Shown: piece after piece, positions 62,301 to 64,000 of the stretch
How positions within the stretch are numbered: the stretch's first letter is position 1
Layout of the letters: each line of letters opens with the position of its first letter
NCBI GenBank assembly: GCA_051362555.1
Contig: CM120645.1
Span: forward strand, 24,456,934 to 24,520,933
Length of the DNA: 64,000 nucleotides
Source of the DNA: Lingula anatina
Lineage: Eukaryota > Animalia > Brachiopoda
Direction: 5' to 3'
The notes under the pieces: model-generated
What the model was told of the DNA's origin: nothing
What the model saw: only the letters and a program-made list of their open reading frames with translations
Databases searched by the model: none
Made by a program: the position numbers and the translations under genes

Positions 62301-62829
62301 CGGAGCAGTTCCAGCGTATTTGTAGTGACTGTGAGGAGGACGGGGACAAAGTGATGATGGAGGTGCCTTATATCAGTACTCACCCACAGCCAGCAGCAGT
62401 AAGTACTGGGGACATATACCTAAGACAACTTTGAGATGAAAGATCTTAGTCTGCTTTGGCTTAAGATGAATCAGATAACTCCCTCAAATTGAATATTTTT
62501 TCAGTAGCCAGAAATACTTCAATGGCAAATGTTTTAGGTCACTGGTTGCCCACATTTAGTTAACCACTGGGAGATAGAAGTTGATCTGAAATAGTACACA
62601 ATGTTCAGTCAAGGCCGTATACTGTCAATATTTTATTAACTACGTCCTGATACCTACTCTGTTTCCAGGTCAATCACTTTGGTGCCCGCATCTTCACCAA
62701 TGACGCGAGCGGCCGTCTGCAGGGCCCCGGTTGTTACGTCTTCAGTCGCAAGTTTGACTTTGCCAGAGCAGTTGTCCGCAGCACACTGGAGAAACACCTG
62801 CAGCCTTGTAAAACTGAACCTCCAGTCAA
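51695..62829 (+). CDS. ATXN7: Ataxin-7 (SAGA deubiquitinase module), first 8 coding exons; 3' end lies beyond the window
   Basis: Exons: 51695-51773, 51943-52014, 59948-60052, 60218-60826, 61285-61367, 61651-61973, 62263-62398, 62669-62829. FAGQPWTAW; zinc finger [31 protein letters not shown]; SCA7 domain REFDPDRHCGV...CTRSLTCKTHALSLRRAV; HPQPAAVNHFGAR...GCYVFSRK. No N-terminal polyQ. Confidence 0.9.
57080..57790. repeat. 38-bp minisatellite, ~18 copies, in ATXN7 intron 2
   Basis: Unit CACTATATCTCCCCAGTATAAAGCTGTTGGTAGATGAA. Confidence 0.95.
59587..59990 (+). repeat. 112-bp array (4 acceptor copies) of the ATXN7 exon-3 acceptor plus exon start
   Basis: TTGTGTTTCAG|ATAAGCCACTGTTTGGGCTGTGTCCTGCACAAGACCAGTGTTA with AG ending at 59611, 59723, 59835 and 59947. 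Confidence 0.95.
60932..61190. repeat. 27-bp minisatellite, ~9 copies
   Basis: CAATGCAATGTCACTTGTTGTCATAACCAA-type unit (27-30 bp). Confidence 0.85.
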
Positions 62830-64000
62830 GTGAGTGAAAAACACACCATGAAATAAATCATAATTCACGTAGAACAAAATTATTTATTGACTACAAATTG
62901 TACTCAGAATTGGAAGCAAGTGCAGGCAACAGTTCCAGGAAAAATGTCATTTTCAGTGGCTAACATCTTAGTTACCAATGTTACATGGACACGTTTACAC
63001 ATCATGGGAGAAAATTGTTTGTTGTCAAAGAAGACATGATTTGGAACAGAAATCCCATATAAAATATCTTTAATCTTGAAAACTTAAAATCAGTGAAAAG
63101 CTCCATATACTGGTTTTGTTTGCAATGTGTAGCTACAAGATTTGCCAAAGCAAAGAATTACATAGATTTGTAAACTTCTTCTTTCATCAGTTTTGGTGCT
63201 GGGACATTAGGCCACACTTTTTTAATTTTATGGATGACATCCTGCGCGCGCACGGATTTTCGCCCGTTCTCCAAAAAAAAAAAAAAAAAAAAGCCCCCCC
63301 CCAGCCCCCAACGAAGTCGGTTGTCGCAAACGTTGTTATTGAATTTGCAAGGAAATGAGCTTTCTGCGCATGCGTATTTTCGCCACGTGGAAATGCGGCC
63401 ACTTTGCTGTCAAATTCATCTCTAGGATTACTTTCAAATTACACAACAATAAAAGTCATCAAGAGAACGGGCGCCATCGTTTTGGATTGGTATGCCATTG
63501 ATATTGGGCATGGAGATATCACCTTTTTATAATTGTGCGAAAGGCACGTACGCAAGTGTCTCGATTTCATGGCCCCGTATCTCGAAATAGAATCGGTTAT
63601 GGAATCGAGACACTAACACGCGTGCGCAACATAGCGAACCTTTCGAGATACGGAGCCCAGGTTTTCTGTAGCGAAAAAAGGGTCGACAAGGGCGTCGAGG
63701 TATTTGGTGGGCTGAAGGTCGGACAGGCCACCTGACAGTTTAGCTGCTTCGTGTGAGTTGAAGTTGACAAAATGGCATCGTCTGAAATGACCTTTAATAG
63801 ATTTGGTAGTATTAAGCATATCTTTGCATCATTTTTTAAACATTTCTATGAAGTGTTCAAAATGTTTTAATATTCTGAGAATACAAATAAAGACGCACTG
63901 TTTGATTGATATTTGTTTTATTGATTGCTATACCAAATGAATGCATGAAATAACCTTAAATAGATTTGGTAATATGAAGTATATCAATTCATGACTTTTT

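Noticed and set aside
63200-63830. CpG-rich segment with a short inverted pair (GTATCTCGAAA / TTTCGAGATAC) and small ORFs
   Set aside because: Probably a transposon fragment, but I could not define termini, a TSD or coding homology.

Overview
AT-rich, intron-rich animal genomic DNA, most likely an invertebrate such as a mollusc (inferred from gene content and Helentron/MITE-type repeats; species not determinable). I traced the exons by hand from GT-AG sites and reading frame. Gene order: TBK1/IKKepsilon-family kinase (+, 17 coding exons); eIF4E class III (-, 7 exons), head-to-head with a 59-aa SMIM30/MAVI1-like micropeptide missed by the ORF track (+); an intronless NXPE/SGNH-type ORF (-); a PHF8/KDM7-type PHD-JmjC demethylase (+, 21 exons); THOC7 (-, 8 exons), head-to-head with ATXN7 (+, continues past the window). 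Mobile DNA: a young TIR element with an 8-bp TSD carrying a RecQ-helicase fragment, two Helentron/HINE-like elements with internal tandem arrays, and hairpin MITEs. The most striking pattern is that about 14 exon-intron junctions of the three plus-strand multi-exon genes are themselves tandemly amplified into the intron (2 to 18 copies of a splice site plus a piece of exon). These form arrays of decoy splice sites, some encoding potential microexons or in-frame extensions. Most long ORF-track entries are artefacts of these repeats.
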